The notes beneath the pieces were generated by a model. The model searched no databases. It was not told the DNA's origin and was given only the letters and a program-made list of their open reading frames with translations. The position numbers and the translations under genes were made by a program. Positions 45,844-55,730 of a DNA stretch of 64,000 nt are shown here, piece by piece; position 1 is the first letter of the stretch, and every line of letters starts with the position of its first letter. This stretch comes from Paracoccaceae bacterium (GTDB taxonomy: Bacteria > Pseudomonadota > Alphaproteobacteria > Rhodobacterales > Rhodobacteraceae), in assembly GCA_031384695.1 (NCBI GenBank), contig JANNAV010000073.1, positions 4,128 to 68,127 on the forward strand, given 5' to 3'.

Positions 45844-47052
45844 TCAAGGGGTGAGGCCAAGGCTTTTGGCGCGGCGGATCACGGCGAGGATCGCGATGAC
45901 CGAGGCGGCGGAGCAGGTGAGCATCAACAGCACCAGCGGCAGTTCGGAGGATCCGGGGTGCAAAAGCGCGCCTGCAAGGGCGGCAAGGGCGGCACCGCCG
46001 CCGATCATGATGGCACCGCCAAGGCCCGAGGCGGTGCCCGCAAGATCAGGCCTCACCGACAGGATACCGGCGTTGGCATTGGGCAGCGCCATGCCGTTGC
46101 CAAACCCCATCGCCACCGTCAGCCCGAAGAACACCACCGGGCCGGAGAGGCCGGCCAGCGTCAGCAGCATCAGCACCGTCAGGCCCGCCGTGGTGGCAAG
46201 CGTGCCCAGCAGGATCATCCGGTTCATGCCGACGCGCACCGAAAATCGCCCGGCGCAGAAGTTGCCGACAAGATAGCCGACGGCGGTAAGCGCGAACAAC
46301 AGGCCGATGCGCGACGAGGTGAGGCCGAACACCTGATCGCCGACAAAGGGCGCGCCGCCGAGATAGGCGAAAAAGCAGCCCGAGGAAAAGGCCGCGGTCA
46401 GGCTGTAGCCCCAGAACCGGCGCGCGGCGATCAGGGCCGGAAACTGGCGCAACTGATCCTTGAAGCTGCGCCGGGTGGGGGCGGCGGTTTCGCCAAGATC
46501 GGCCCATACGAGGCCAAGGGTGATCAGGCCAAGGCCAAGCAGCAGGGCGAAATTTGCCTGCCAGCCGAACGCCTCGTCCAGCACGCCGCCGATCACCGGG
46601 CCGATCATCGGCACCACCGTCATGCCCATGGTGACATAGCCGATCATCGAGGCGGCCTCGGCATCCGCCACCATATCGCGCACCACCGCGCGCGACAGCA
46701 CCATGCCGGCCGCAATCACCGCCTGTCCCATGCGGAAAAACAGGAAAATGCCGGCATTGGGGGCAAGCAGCGTGCCGACGGTGGCGATCAGGAACAGGAT
46801 GAGCGCGCCGAGGATCACCGGGCGGCGGCCATAGCGATCCGAGATCGGCCCGATCAGCAGTTGCAGCACCGCCGACAGCGCAAGGTAAAGCGCGACCGAA
46901 AGCTGCATCAGGGCGTAGGGCGCGTTGAACCACTTGGCCATGCCCGGCAGCGACGGCAGGAAGATGTTCATCGTCAGCGCCGAGAGGCCCGCGAGCAGGA
47001 TCAGGGTGATCACTTTGGGGGGGGTGGTGCGGTCGAGGAAACGGGCGTTCAT
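45844..47052 (-). CDS. MFS drug-resistance-type transporter (Bcr/CflA family)
   Basis: ATG at 47052 within track ORF 45844..47679(-). Product starts MNARFLDRTTPPKVITLILLAGLSALTMNIFLPSLP and contains GPISDRYGRRPV. Confidence 0.9.
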   Translation of the reverse strand: MNARFLDRTTPPKVITLILLAGLSALTMNIFLPSLPGMAKWFNAPYALMQLSVALYLALSAVLQLLIGPISDRYGRRPVILGALILFLIATVGTLLAPNAGIFLFFRMGQAVIAAGMVLSRAVVRDMVADAEAASMIGYVTMGMTVVPMIGPVIGGVLDEAFGWQANFALLLGLGLITLGLVWADLGETAAPTRRSFKDQLRQFPALIAARRFWGYSLTAAFSSGCFFAYLGGAPFVGDQVFGLTSSRIGLLFALTAVGYLVGNFCAGRFSVRVGMNRMILLGTLATTAGLTVLMLLTLAGLSGPVVFFGLTVAMGFGNGMALPNANAGILSVRPDLAGTASGLGGAIMIGGGAALAALAGALLHPGSSELPLVLLMLTCSAASVIAILAVIRRAKSLGLTP

Positions 47053-47121
47053 GGCGCGAGGGCTACGCCTGTGGGGCTGGGATGTCCAGTCTTGGGCTGG
47101 CGGTCTTTTTGGCGGGGTGGG

Positions 47122-47161
47122 GCCTCCGGCGGGGATATTCGGGCAAAGATGAAGCGGGCGG
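47122..47161 (+). repeat. dispersed intergenic repeat, family 1
   Basis: Sequence gcctccggcggggatattcgggcaaagatgaagcgggcgg. Confidence 0.85.
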
Positions 47162-47241
47162 ATCGGGCGTGTCTGGGGCAGATGAGGTCGCGGACTCCGG
47201 GCGGGCTGAGCGCAGGCCCGGAGCCGGTTGCAGGCAGCGGG

Positions 47242-47279
47242 CCGGTGGTGGAGGGGGGGCCGGTGGTGGAGGGGGGGGG
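47242..47279. repeat. 18-bp G-rich tandem duplication in the pccB upstream region
   Basis: The unit ccggtggtggaggggggg occurs twice (47242-47259 and 47260-47277), followed by extra G residues. Confidence 0.9.
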
Positions 47280-47294
47280 TAACGGGAGGAATGG

Positions 47295-47342
47295 TTTGCC
47301 GATTTGCAATTTGCAGAAAATTTGGTGTGCAAGGTTTGCATA
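47295..47342 (+). promoter_or_regulatory. cluster of TTTGC(A/C)-type repeats about 100 nt upstream of pccB (candidate PccR-binding and promoter region)
   Basis: Sequence gGTTTGCCgaTTTGCAAtTTGCAGaaaaTTTGGtgTGCAAggTTTGCAtatt. It is the only AT-rich stretch in this intergenic region. Confidence 0.5.
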
Positions 47343-47440
47343 TTATCGGGAATTGGCTTTTCGCATGCCGCAGGGCGCTGTATGACGGTGGCAGGATGCC
47401 CGCAAAGGGCACGTTTTGGCGGTGCCACGGGGGGCGGGCG

Positions 47441-48973
47441 ATGACCGGGATATTGCAGCAGTTGGAGGCGCGCCGCGAGGTGGCGCGCCTGGGTGGCGGC
47501 GCGCGGCGGATCGCGGCGCAGCATGCCAAGGGCAAGCTGACGGCGCGCGAGCGGGTGGAACTGCTGCTGGACGAGGGCTCTTTCGAGGAGTTCGACATGT
47601 TCGTGGCGCACCGCTGTGTCGATTTCGGCATGGAGCAGGACCGCCCGGCGGGGGACGGGGTGGTGACGGGCTGGGGCACGGTGAATGGCCGGATGGTCTA
47701 TGTCTACAGCCAGGATTTCACCGTGTTTGGCGGGTCTCTGTCGGAGACGCATGCGCAAAAGATCTGCAAGATCATGGATATGGCGATGCAGAACGGCGCG
47801 CCGGTGATCGGGATGAACGATTCCGGCGGCGCGCGGATTCAGGAAGGCGTGGCCTCGCTTGCGGGCTATGCCGAGGTGTTTCAGCGCAATGTCATGGCCT
47901 CGGGCGTGGTGCCGCAGATCAGCCTGATCATGGGGCCCTGTGCGGGGGGGGCGGTTTACAGCCCGGCGATGACCGACTTCATCTTCATGGTGAAGGACTC
48001 GAGTTACATGTTCGTGACCGGGCCGGATGTGGTGAAAACGGTGACCAACGAGGTGGTGACGGCAGAGGAGCTGGGCGGCGCCGGCACCCATACGCGCAAA
48101 TCGAGCGTGGCGGACGGGGCGTTCGAGAACGATGTGGAGGCGCTGGCCGAAGTGCGGCGGCTGGTGGATTTTCTGCCCTTGAACAACCGCCAGAAGGCGC
48201 CGGTGCGGCCGTTCTTTGATGATCCGGCGCGGCTGGAGATGAGCCTTGATACGCTGATCCCCGAGAACCCGAACCAGCCCTATGACATGAAGGAACTGAT
48301 CGAAAAGCTGGCCGATGAGGGCGATTTTTTTGAGATACAGCGCGAATTTGCCGCCAATATCATCACCGGCTTCATCCGGCTTGAAGGGCAGTCGGTGGGG
48401 GTGGTGGCAAACCAGCCGATGGTGCTGGCGGGCTGTCTGGATATTGATGCCAGCCGCAAGGCCGCGCGGTTCGTGCGGTTTTGCGATGCGTTTGAAATTC
48501 CGATCCTGACGCTGGTGGATGTGCCGGGGTTCATGCCGGGCACGGCGCAGGAACATGGCGGCGTGATCAAGCACGGGGCCAAACTGCTGTTTGCCTACGG
48601 CGAGGCGACGGTGCCGAAGGTGACGGTGATCACCCGCAAGGCTTATGGCGGCGCCTATGATGTGATGGCCTCCAAGCATTTGCGCGGCGATTTCAACTAT
48701 GCCTGGCCGACGGCGGAGATTGCGGTGATGGGGGCAAAGGGGGCGGTGGAGATCCTCTATCGCAGCGAGTTGGGCGACAAGGACAAGATCGCGGCGCGGG
48801 TGAAGGACTACGAGGCGCGCTTTGCCAACCCGTTTGTGGCGGCTGAGATGGGCTTTATCGACGAGGTGATCATGCCGCATTCCACCCGGCGGCGGGTGGC
48901 GCGGGCGTTCGCCGGCCTGCGCGGCAAGAAGCTGGTCAATCCATGGAAAAAGCACGACAATATCCCGCTTTGA
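47441..48973 (+). CDS. pccB: propionyl-CoA carboxylase beta subunit (carboxyltransferase)
   Basis: ATG at 47441. Product starts [30 protein letters not shown] and contains [37 protein letters not shown] and AYGGAYDVM. Confidence 0.97.
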   Translation: MTGILQQLEARREVARLGGGARRIAAQHAKGKLTARERVELLLDEGSFEEFDMFVAHRCVDFGMEQDRPAGDGVVTGWGTVNGRMVYVYSQDFTVFGGSLSETHAQKICKIMDMAMQNGAPVIGMNDSGGARIQEGVASLAGYAEVFQRNVMASGVVPQISLIMGPCAGGAVYSPAMTDFIFMVKDSSYMFVTGPDVVKTVTNEVVTAEELGGAGTHTRKSSVADGAFENDVEALAEVRRLVDFLPLNNRQKAPVRPFFDDPARLEMSLDTLIPENPNQPYDMKELIEKLADEGDFFEIQREFAANIITGFIRLEGQSVGVVANQPMVLAGCLDIDASRKAARFVRFCDAFEIPILTLVDVPGFMPGTAQEHGGVIKHGAKLLFAYGEATVPKVTVITRKAYGGAYDVMASKHLRGDFNYAWPTAEIAVMGAKGAVEILYRSELGDKDKIAARVKDYEARFANPFVAAEMGFIDEVIMPHSTRRRVARAFAGLRGKKLVNPWKKHDNIPL

Positions 48974-48988
48974 GGAGGGCAGGTTGCG

Positions 48989-49351
48989 ATGACGGAGGCC
49001 TTGGTGGTAGGGGAGTTGGTGGTGGTGCCTTCGGGGCAGGCGGTGACGTTGCAGGATGTGATCTGGAACGAGCCGGGGCCGGAGGGGCTGGTGGCGCGGT
49101 TCCGCTTTGTGGCCCCTGCGATTGCGAAGGTGGGCGGTACAGTGGATCTGGCCGCCGCGAGTGCCGATATGCTTGATCTTTGCCAGCGTTATGCCGTGCC
49201 GCGACTGGCGGCAACCGGGCCGAAACCGACGCAGGTGATCATCTCGCTGTCGGATGTTGCGGTGGCGTTTGGCGATGCGGCCCCGGATGCCACGCAGTTT
49301 TTCGAGGCCTATGCCATCGAGGGCGACGCCTGCATATGGGAGCAGTATTGA
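48989..49351 (+). CDS. conserved hypothetical protein within the pcc cluster
   Basis: 120 aa with GC-rich third positions. It starts 16 nt after pccB. I recognise no motif. Confidence 0.7.
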   Translation: MTEALVVGELVVVPSGQAVTLQDVIWNEPGPEGLVARFRFVAPAIAKVGGTVDLAAASADMLDLCQRYAVPRLAATGPKPTQVIISLSDVAVAFGDAAPDATQFFEAYAIEGDACIWEQY

Positions 49352-49553
49352 TGCAGCCACAAGATATTGCGGTGCGGGCCGGGGCGGGTGGCCCGGCTGA
49401 TGTAGCGGGGCAACAGGTGGCGGCATTGGGCAGATTTGCGTGTCAATCCCGAGGTTTGTGGGCTATTGTTCATGTAGGCCGAACCCAAGCGGCCTTAACC
49501 TCGGAACGGGAGCCGGCATTGTGCACGGCTCTCCAAGAAACTAGGAGTAGAGG

Positions 49554-49691
49554 ATGTCGAGTACCAAGATCATGCTTCTGGCTGTTTGCATGGTGGCCTT
49601 CGTCGCCGCTTGTGCAAAGAAAGTCGAAGAAGTCGTGTATGTGGACGAGCCGGTTACAACCGAGCCCAGCTATACCGGCAAATACAAGTAA
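49554..49691 (+). CDS. mini-lipoprotein (45 aa) ending in SYTGKYK
   Basis: Own translation gives MSSTKIMLLAVCMVAFVAACAKKVEEVVYVDEPVTTEPSYTGKYK*. A GGAG lies upstream. The lipobox is VAAC. It is below the size cutoff of the ORF track. Confidence 0.6.
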   Translation: MSSTKIMLLAVCMVAFVAACAKKVEEVVYVDEPVTTEPSYTGKYK

Positions 49692-49880
49692 CACTTTCGG
49701 GCGGGCGATGGCGGCGGTTGCCGCCGTGCCCGCCCTTATTCTGTCTGGCGCAGCGCGACCCGCGAAAATGGGCGGGTGCCCTTCGGCGAAAAACCCCGCA
49801 TCGGGGGGCGATCCGGTTGCAGGTGGCTGTGGCGTCGTTCACTGTGGCCCGGTCATTCACGACCTAACCCGGAGAAAACG

Positions 49881-50009
49881 ATGCGTTCCAAATCTGTTCT
49901 GCTCGCCCTTATGGCCCTCGCGGTTGTTGCCGCCTGCGCCAAGCCCGCACCTTTGCCCGAGCCGACCCCGATCGAGCCCGAGCCTACCTCGACCGGCAAG
50001 TACAAGTGA
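49881..50009 (+). CDS. mini-lipoprotein (42 aa) ending in TSTGKYK, paralogue of 49554..49691
   Basis: ATG at 49881 within track ORF 49776..50009. Product is MRSKSVLLALMALAVVAACAKPAPLPEPTPIEPEPTSTGKYK*. A GGAG lies 8 nt upstream. Confidence 0.6.
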   Translation: MRSKSVLLALMALAVVAACAKPAPLPEPTPIEPEPTSTGKYK

Positions 50010-50072
50010 TCTGCGGGGGCGGGCGTTCGCGCCTGCCCCAACCCTTCGCCTTACCGGCTGGGGGGCAATTTC

Positions 50073-50471
50073 ATGCTGAAGCATCGCGGCTTTCCGGGCC
50101 GCCTTTCCGGCACTGATTTTCAATTCGTCATCCGCCGCGCCAACATGAAGGCGGGCGCGACAAAGATCGTGGCGCGCGAGCGTTTTCGGGATCGCAAGTC
50201 CGAAGACAAGAAGGCGGATGCGGGGTTCATGGCGGCCCTGTGGGCGTGCTTTGGCGAAGAGCCGTTCGAGCGCGGCAATCTGGATGCGGGGCGGCTGTCG
50301 TGGCTGTTCGGGCGCGAGGTGGTGCCGGCCGAAGACCCGTTCGATGCGGCAAGTTATGATGCGTTGCTGAAGATCAACGTCCGGCGGGCGCAGGTTGCGT
50401 TCCCCGAGGTGTTTGCGCCCGATGCCGCCGCCGTGGTGATGGACGACTGGGACGATGAGGACGAGGATTAG
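50073..50471 (+). CDS. hypothetical protein with an acidic C-terminus
   Basis: 132 aa with GC-rich third codon positions; it ends in DDWDDEDED. The start is uncertain, and an ATG at 50145 is also possible. Confidence 0.5.
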   Translation: MLKHRGFPGRLSGTDFQFVIRRANMKAGATKIVARERFRDRKSEDKKADAGFMAALWACFGEEPFERGNLDAGRLSWLFGREVVPAEDPFDAASYDALLKINVRRAQVAFPEVFAPDAAAVVMDDWDDEDED

Positions 50472-50793
50472 GCATGTTTCCGCTTGGCCCCATGGCAGAT
50501 TGGCAGGAAGGCGCGCAAGCAGTGGTTGTGCGCGAAACAGGCTTTGCCTCGAATCGGCGCGCGGGCGATGCTGCAACTGCGAGTGCTTTGCTTCGGGTTT
50601 CCGCTGAAGGTAGCCGTGACTGTTACCCTTTCCCTTCTGACTGGCCCGGCCCGCAAAAGGCTGGGCCATTTTTTGCGGGTTCGGGTAAGCGCTGCTTTGC
50701 CGATGTGTGGCCCGCGCGCGGAATTCGCTTTGCAATGGCGGGGAATCCGTTAAAATCGACGAACATAATAACAAACAATCGAGGCGGACCCAT

Positions 50794-51003
50794 ATGCGTA
50801 AAACCATCCTTATCCTTTCCCTTGTTACCATGCCGCTGGCTGGCTGCTTGCAAGACCCCGCATCGCGCGGGCTTTTGGGCGCGGCAGTTGGCGCAGGCGT
50901 GGCCGATGCCACCGGTGGCAACGCGATTACAGGCGCGGTTATTGGCGGCCTTGGCGGCGCTGCGACTTGCGGCATCAATGTGGGGCTGCCGCCCTGCTAT
51001 TGA
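50794..51003 (+). CDS. small glycine-zipper lipoprotein
   Basis: ATG at 50794 within track ORF 50707..51003. Product starts MRKTILILSLVTMPLAGC (lipobox) and continues ...GLLGAAVGAGVADATGGNAITGAVIGGLGGAA. Confidence 0.7.
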   Translation: MRKTILILSLVTMPLAGCLQDPASRGLLGAAVGAGVADATGGNAITGAVIGGLGGAATCGINVGLPPCY

Positions 51004-51098
51004 TCTGACGCCTGCGCCGTTCGGGCGCGGTTTATCTTTCATGACGGCCAGCCGGGTGTGACCCCCGGCTGGCCGTTTTTGCTTTTGGGGACGTGGGC

Positions 51099-53102
51099 AT
51101 GTTCAAGAAGATTCTGATCGCCAACCGGGGCGAGATTGCCTGCCGGGTTATCAGATCGGCGCGCAAGATGGGCATCGCCACGGTGGCGGTTTACTCGGAT
51201 GCCGACCGGGGCGCGTTGCATGTGAAGATGGCGGATGAGGCGGTGCATATCGGGCCGTCGCCTGCCGCGCAAAGCTATATCGTGATCGAGAAGATCATGG
51301 CGGCGGTAAAGGCCACCGGGGCGGAGGCGGTGCATCCGGGCTACGGGTTCCTCAGCGAAAACCAGGCGTTTGCGGCGGCGCTGGAGGCGGCGGGGGTGGT
51401 GTTCATCGGGCCGCCTTCGACGGCGATTGAGCAGATGGGCGACAAGATCACCTCGAAAAAGATCGCGATGGCGGCGGGGGTATCGACGGTGCCAGGTTTC
51501 ATGGGGATCATTGCCGATGCCGATGAGGCGGTGAAGATCGCGGGCGAGGTGGGTTATCCGGTGATGATCAAGGCCAGCGCCGGGGGCGGTGGCAAGGGGA
51601 TGCGGATCGCCTGGAACGCCGATGAGGCGCGCGAGGGGTTCGGCTCCAGCCAGAACGAGGCGGCGGCGTCGTTCGGCGATGACCGGATTTTTATTGAAAA
51701 GTTCGTGACGCAGCCCCGGCATATCGAAATTCAGGTGCTGGCAGACAGCCATGGCAACTGCGTGTATCTGCATGAGCGGGAATGCTCGATCCAGCGGCGC
51801 AATCAGAAGGTGATCGAGGAAGCGCCCTCGCCGTTTCTGGACCCGGCCACCCGCAAGGCCATGGGTGAGCAGGCTTGTGCTTTGGCGCAGGCGGTTGGCT
51901 ATACCAGTGCCGGCACGGTGGAGTTCATCGTGGACGGCGCGCGGAATTTCTTCTTTCTGGAGATGAACACAAGGTTGCAGGTGGAGCATCCGGTGACCGA
52001 ACTGATCACCGGGATTGATCTGGTGGAGCAGATGATCCGGGTGGCGGCGGGCGAGGCTTTGCCGTTCCGGCAGGACGATCTGAAGATCAACGGCTGGGCG
52101 ATGGAAAGCAGGCTTTATGCCGAAGACCCCTACCGCAATTTCCTGCCCTCGATCGGGCGGCTGACGCGGTATCGCCCGCCGGTGGAGGGGGTAACGCCAA
52201 CCGGCGGCATCGTGCGCAACGATACCGGCGTGTTCGAGGGCGGCGAGATTTCGATGTTTTATGATCCGATGATCGCCAAGCTGTGCACCTGGGGGCCGAC
52301 GCGGATTGCGGCGATTGAGGAGATGCGCACGGCGCTTGATAGTTTCGAGGTGGAGGGGATCGGCCATAACCTGCCCTTTGTGGGCGCGGTGATGGACCAT
52401 CCGCGCTTTGTGTCGGGCGATATCACCACGGCGTTCATTGCCGAGGAATACCCGGACGGGTTTCAGGGCGCGGTGCTGAGTGCCGATATGCTGGCGCGGG
52501 TGGCGGCGGCGACGGCGGCGATGAACCGGGTGGCGGAAATTCGCCGCACCCGCATCACCGGCACCATGGACAATCACGAGCGCCGGGTGGGCGACGATTG
52601 GGTGGTGACATTGCAAGGGGTTGAACATGTGGTGAAAGTGGCGGCCGACCCTGCGGGTTCCACCGTGCATTTCGCGGATGGCCGGGCGCTGCGGGTGACA
52701 TCGGGCTGGGTGCCGGGGCAGCCTTTGGCCCGCCTGATGGTGGACGGGGTGGCTTTGGTGATGAAGGTTGCGAAGATATCCGGCGGCTTTCGGGTGCGGC
52801 TGCGGGGGGCGGATCTGAAGTGCCATGTGCGGACGCCCCGGCAGGCGGAACTGGCCAAGCTGATGCTGGAGAAGGTTGCGCCGGATACCTCGCGGTTCCT
52901 TTTGTGCCCGATGCCGGGGTTGATCGTGAAGATCAATGTGGCGGTGGGCGACGAGGTGCAGGAGGGGCAGGCGCTGGCCACGGTGGAGGCGATGAAGATG
53001 GAGAATATCCTGAAAGCCGGGCGGCGCGGGGTGGTGAAGGTGATCAACGCGGTGCCGGGGGCCAGCCTGCGGGTGGATGACGTGATCATGGAGTTTGAGT
53101 GA
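51099..53102 (+). CDS. pccA: propionyl-CoA carboxylase alpha subunit (biotin carboxylase plus BCCP domains)
   Basis: Product starts MFKKILIANRGEIACRVIRSARKMGI and contains GGGGKGMRI and EMNTRLQVEHPVTE. The C-terminal biotinyl motif is EAMKMEN. Confidence 0.97.
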   Translation: MFKKILIANRGEIACRVIRSARKMGIATVAVYSDADRGALHVKMADEAVHIGPSPAAQSYIVIEKIMAAVKATGAEAVHPGYGFLSENQAFAAALEAAGVVFIGPPSTAIEQMGDKITSKKIAMAAGVSTVPGFMGIIADADEAVKIAGEVGYPVMIKASAGGGGKGMRIAWNADEAREGFGSSQNEAAASFGDDRIFIEKFVTQPRHIEIQVLADSHGNCVYLHERECSIQRRNQKVIEEAPSPFLDPATRKAMGEQACALAQAVGYTSAGTVEFIVDGARNFFFLEMNTRLQVEHPVTELITGIDLVEQMIRVAAGEALPFRQDDLKINGWAMESRLYAEDPYRNFLPSIGRLTRYRPPVEGVTPTGGIVRNDTGVFEGGEISMFYDPMIAKLCTWGPTRIAAIEEMRTALDSFEVEGIGHNLPFVGAVMDHPRFVSGDITTAFIAEEYPDGFQGAVLSADMLARVAAATAAMNRVAEIRRTRITGTMDNHERRVGDDWVVTLQGVEHVVKVAADPAGSTVHFADGRALRVTSGWVPGQPLARLMVDGVALVMKVAKISGGFRVRLRGADLKCHVRTPRQAELAKLMLEKVAPDTSRFLLCPMPGLIVKINVAVGDEVQEGQALATVEAMKMENILKAGRRGVVKVINAVPGASLRVDDVIMEFE

Positions 53103-53105
53103 GGT

Positions 53106-53519
53106 TCAGGGGTTGCGCGCCTGCGCATCCTCGATGGCGCTGGGCAGGTTGTCGATGGCGCGGGTGATCTCGCGCACGTCCCAGGGCAGGGGTTTGCGGA
53201 TCGCGGTGGTGCCGTCCTTGTCGATCAGCACCAGCGCAAAGCCGCGCGGGCGCAGTTTCAGCCGCAGGGCGGAAGGGGTGGCGGGGTCGGTATCGGTGAT
53301 GACGATCACATCGCGGGCCGCGAGGGCCTTGGGATCCTGGCCGAGCAGGGCCATCTGGCGGATGAAAGCGGGGTCGGCGGGGCTGTCGGCAAAGATGATG
53401 ACCGGGCGCTTGAGGTAGAGGAAATCGGCCAATGCGACACCAGCGGCGGGGGTGGGGGATTGGGCGAGTGCCGCAAGTGGCAGCAGGATTGCGATGACGA
53501 GGATATATAGGGGTTTCAT
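53106..53519 (-). CDS. secreted DUF4174-like protein
   Basis: ATG at 53519 within track ORF 53106..54656(-). Signal peptide is MKPLYILVIAILLPLAALAQ. The mature protein contains YLKRPVIIFADSPADP...VLIDKDGT. Confidence 0.75.
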   Translation of the reverse strand: MKPLYILVIAILLPLAALAQSPTPAAGVALADFLYLKRPVIIFADSPADPAFIRQMALLGQDPKALAARDVIVITDTDPATPSALRLKLRPRGFALVLIDKDGTTAIRKPLPWDVREITRAIDNLPSAIEDAQARNP

Positions 53520-53600
53520 GGTGTCTCCTTGGCCAAGATATAGGCGAGGTTGCAGCAAAACCCAAGCGCGCCGGGGGGTTATCCCGGTCTGGAGGATGTG

Positions 53601-55730
53601 ATGACGGACAAGTTGGCGGATTGGGCGGCGCAGGCTGCAAAAGAGATGAAGGGGGCCAGCGCCGGGGGGCTGGTCTGGCACACGCTTGAGGGGATCGCGG
53701 TCAAGCCGCTTTATACCGAGGCGGATCTGGCGGGGCTGGCGCATCTGGGCGGCGTGCCGGGGGTGGCACCGTTCACGCGCGGGGTGCGGGCCACGATGTA
53801 TGCCGGGCGGCCCTGGACCATCCGGCAATATGCGGGATTTTCCACCGCCGAGGAAAGCAACGCGTTTTACCGCAAGAATCTGGCGGCGGGGCAGCAGGGG
53901 GTCTCGGTCGCCTTCGATCTGGCGACCCACCGGGGCTACGATTCCGATCATCCGCGCGTTGAGGGGGATGTGGGCAAGGCCGGGGTGGCGATTGATTCCG
54001 TGGAGGACATGAAGCTGTTGTTCGACGCCATCCCCTTGGAAAAGATCAGCGTTTCCATGACGATGAATGGCGCGGTGATCCCGGTACTGGCGGCCTTTAT
54101 CGTGGCGGGCGAGGAGCAGGGGGTTGCGCGTGCGGCCCTTTCCGGCACCATTCAGAACGATATTCTGAAAGAGTTCATGGTGCGCAACACCTATATTTAT
54201 CCGCCCGAGCCTTCGATGCGGATCGTGGCGGATATCATCGAATACACCGCCGCCGAGATGCCGAAGTTCAACTCGATCTCGATCTCGGGCTATCACATGC
54301 AGGAGGCGGGGGCCAATCTGGTTCAGGAACTGGCCTTTACGCTGGCCGACGGGCGCGAATATGTGCGCACGGCGATGGCGCGGGGGATGCAGGTGGATGC
54401 GTTCGCGCCGCGTCTGAGTTTCTTCTTTGCCATCGGGATGAATTTCTTCATGGAGGCGGCGAAGCTGCGGGCGGCGCGGCTTTTGTGGCACCGGATCATG
54501 CTGGAGTTTGGTGCGGAGAAGCCCGAAAGCCTGATGCTGCGCACCCATTGCCAGACCTCGGGCGTGTCCTTGCAGGAGGCGGACCCCTATAACAACGTGA
54601 TCCGCACCGCTTATGAGGCGATGTCGGCGGTGCTGGGGGGCACGCAAAGCCTGCACACCAATGCGCTGGATGAGGCGATGGCGCTGCCGACCGAGTTTTC
54701 GGCGCGGATCGCGCGCAACACCCAGTTGATATTGCAGGAAGAAACCGGTGTCACGCGGGTGATTGATCCGCTGGCGGGCAGCTATTACGTCGAGAAGCTG
54801 ACGGCGGACCTGGCGGCGGCGGCGTGGACGCTGATGGATGAGGTCGAGGCGATGGGGGGGATGACACGCGCTGTCGCCTCAGGCATGCCCAAGCTGCGGA
54901 TCGAGGAATCAGCGGCGCGGCGGCAGGCGGCGATTGACCGGGGCACCGAGGTGGTGGTGGGCGTCAACAAGTACCGGCTGGACAAGGAAGATGCGATCGA
55001 CATCCTTGATATCGACAACGTGGCGGTGCGCGAGGCGCAGATAGTGCGGCTGCGGGCGATCCGGGCCAGCCGCGATTCGGTGGCCTGCGAGGCGGCGCTG
55101 GCCGAGATTACCCGGCGGGCCGAAGCGGGCGGTAACCTTCTGGAGGCGGCGGTTGCGGCTGCACGGGCGCGGGCGACGGTGGGAGAGATCAGCATGGCAA
55201 TGGAAAAGGTGTTTGGCCGCCACCGGGCCGAGGTGAAGATGCTGGCGGGGGTTTATGGGGCCGCCTATGAGGGCGACGCCGGTTTTGCCGCCATTCAGGC
55301 CGATATCGAGGCGTTTGCCGTAGAGGAAGGCCGCCGCCCGCGCATGCTGGTGGTGAAGATGGGGCAGGACGGGCATGACCGGGGGGCCAAGGTGATTGCC
55401 ACCGCCTTTGCCGATATCGGCTTTGATGTCGATGTGGGGCCGCTGTTTCAGACGCCGGAAGAGGCGGCGCAGGATGCCATCGACAATGATGTGCATGTGA
55501 TCGGCATCAGCAGTCAGGCGGCGGGGCACAAAACGCTTGCGCCCAAGTTGGTGGCGGCGCTGCGGGCGGCGGGGGCGGGCGAAATTCTGGTGATCTGCGG
55601 CGGGGTCATCCCGCAGCAGGATTATCAGTTCCTGTTTGATCGCGGCGTGAAGGCAATCTTTGGGCCGGGCACCAATATTCCTGATGCGGCGAAGGACATA
55701 TTGCAGTTGATCCGGGCGGGGCGAAAATAG
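53601..55730 (+). CDS. mcm: methylmalonyl-CoA mutase (single-chain, with the B12-binding domain at the C-terminus)
   Basis: ATG at 53601. Family motifs are [45 protein letters not shown] and [11 protein letters not shown] (DxHxxG). Confidence 0.97.
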   Translation: MTDKLADWAAQAAKEMKGASAGGLVWHTLEGIAVKPLYTEADLAGLAHLGGVPGVAPFTRGVRATMYAGRPWTIRQYAGFSTAEESNAFYRKNLAAGQQGVSVAFDLATHRGYDSDHPRVEGDVGKAGVAIDSVEDMKLLFDAIPLEKISVSMTMNGAVIPVLAAFIVAGEEQGVARAALSGTIQNDILKEFMVRNTYIYPPEPSMRIVADIIEYTAAEMPKFNSISISGYHMQEAGANLVQELAFTLADGREYVRTAMARGMQVDAFAPRLSFFFAIGMNFFMEAAKLRAARLLWHRIMLEFGAEKPESLMLRTHCQTSGVSLQEADPYNNVIRTAYEAMSAVLGGTQSLHTNALDEAMALPTEFSARIARNTQLILQEETGVTRVIDPLAGSYYVEKLTADLAAAAWTLMDEVEAMGGMTRAVASGMPKLRIEESAARRQAAIDRGTEVVVGVNKYRLDKEDAIDILDIDNVAVREAQIVRLRAIRASRDSVACEAALAEITRRAEAGGNLLEAAVAAARARATVGEISMAMEKVFGRHRAEVKMLAGVYGAAYEGDAGFAAIQADIEAFAVEEGRRPRMLVVKMGQDGHDRGAKVIATAFADIGFDVDVGPLFQTPEEAAQDAIDNDVHVIGISSQAAGHKTLAPKLVAALRAAGAGEILVICGGVIPQQDYQFLFDRGVKAIFGPGTNIPDAAKDILQLIRAGRK

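Noticed and set aside
50643-50675. A possible intrinsic terminator (GGCCC..GGGCC followed by ATTTTTTG) after the 50073..50471 ORF.
   Set aside because: The stem is only 5-6 bp with a 10-15 nt loop, and it sits about 180 nt downstream of the stop codon. It is plausible but too weak to list as a feature.
2842-50735. Isolated TTTGCAA/TTGCAAA heptamers in other intergenic regions (2842, 9164, 19384, 50729), considered as additional PccR sites.
   Set aside because: These are single half-sites only. The palindromic AT-rich hexamer TTGCAA is expected to concentrate in promoters of a high-G+C genome. Only the pccR and pccB sites show paired or arrayed copies.
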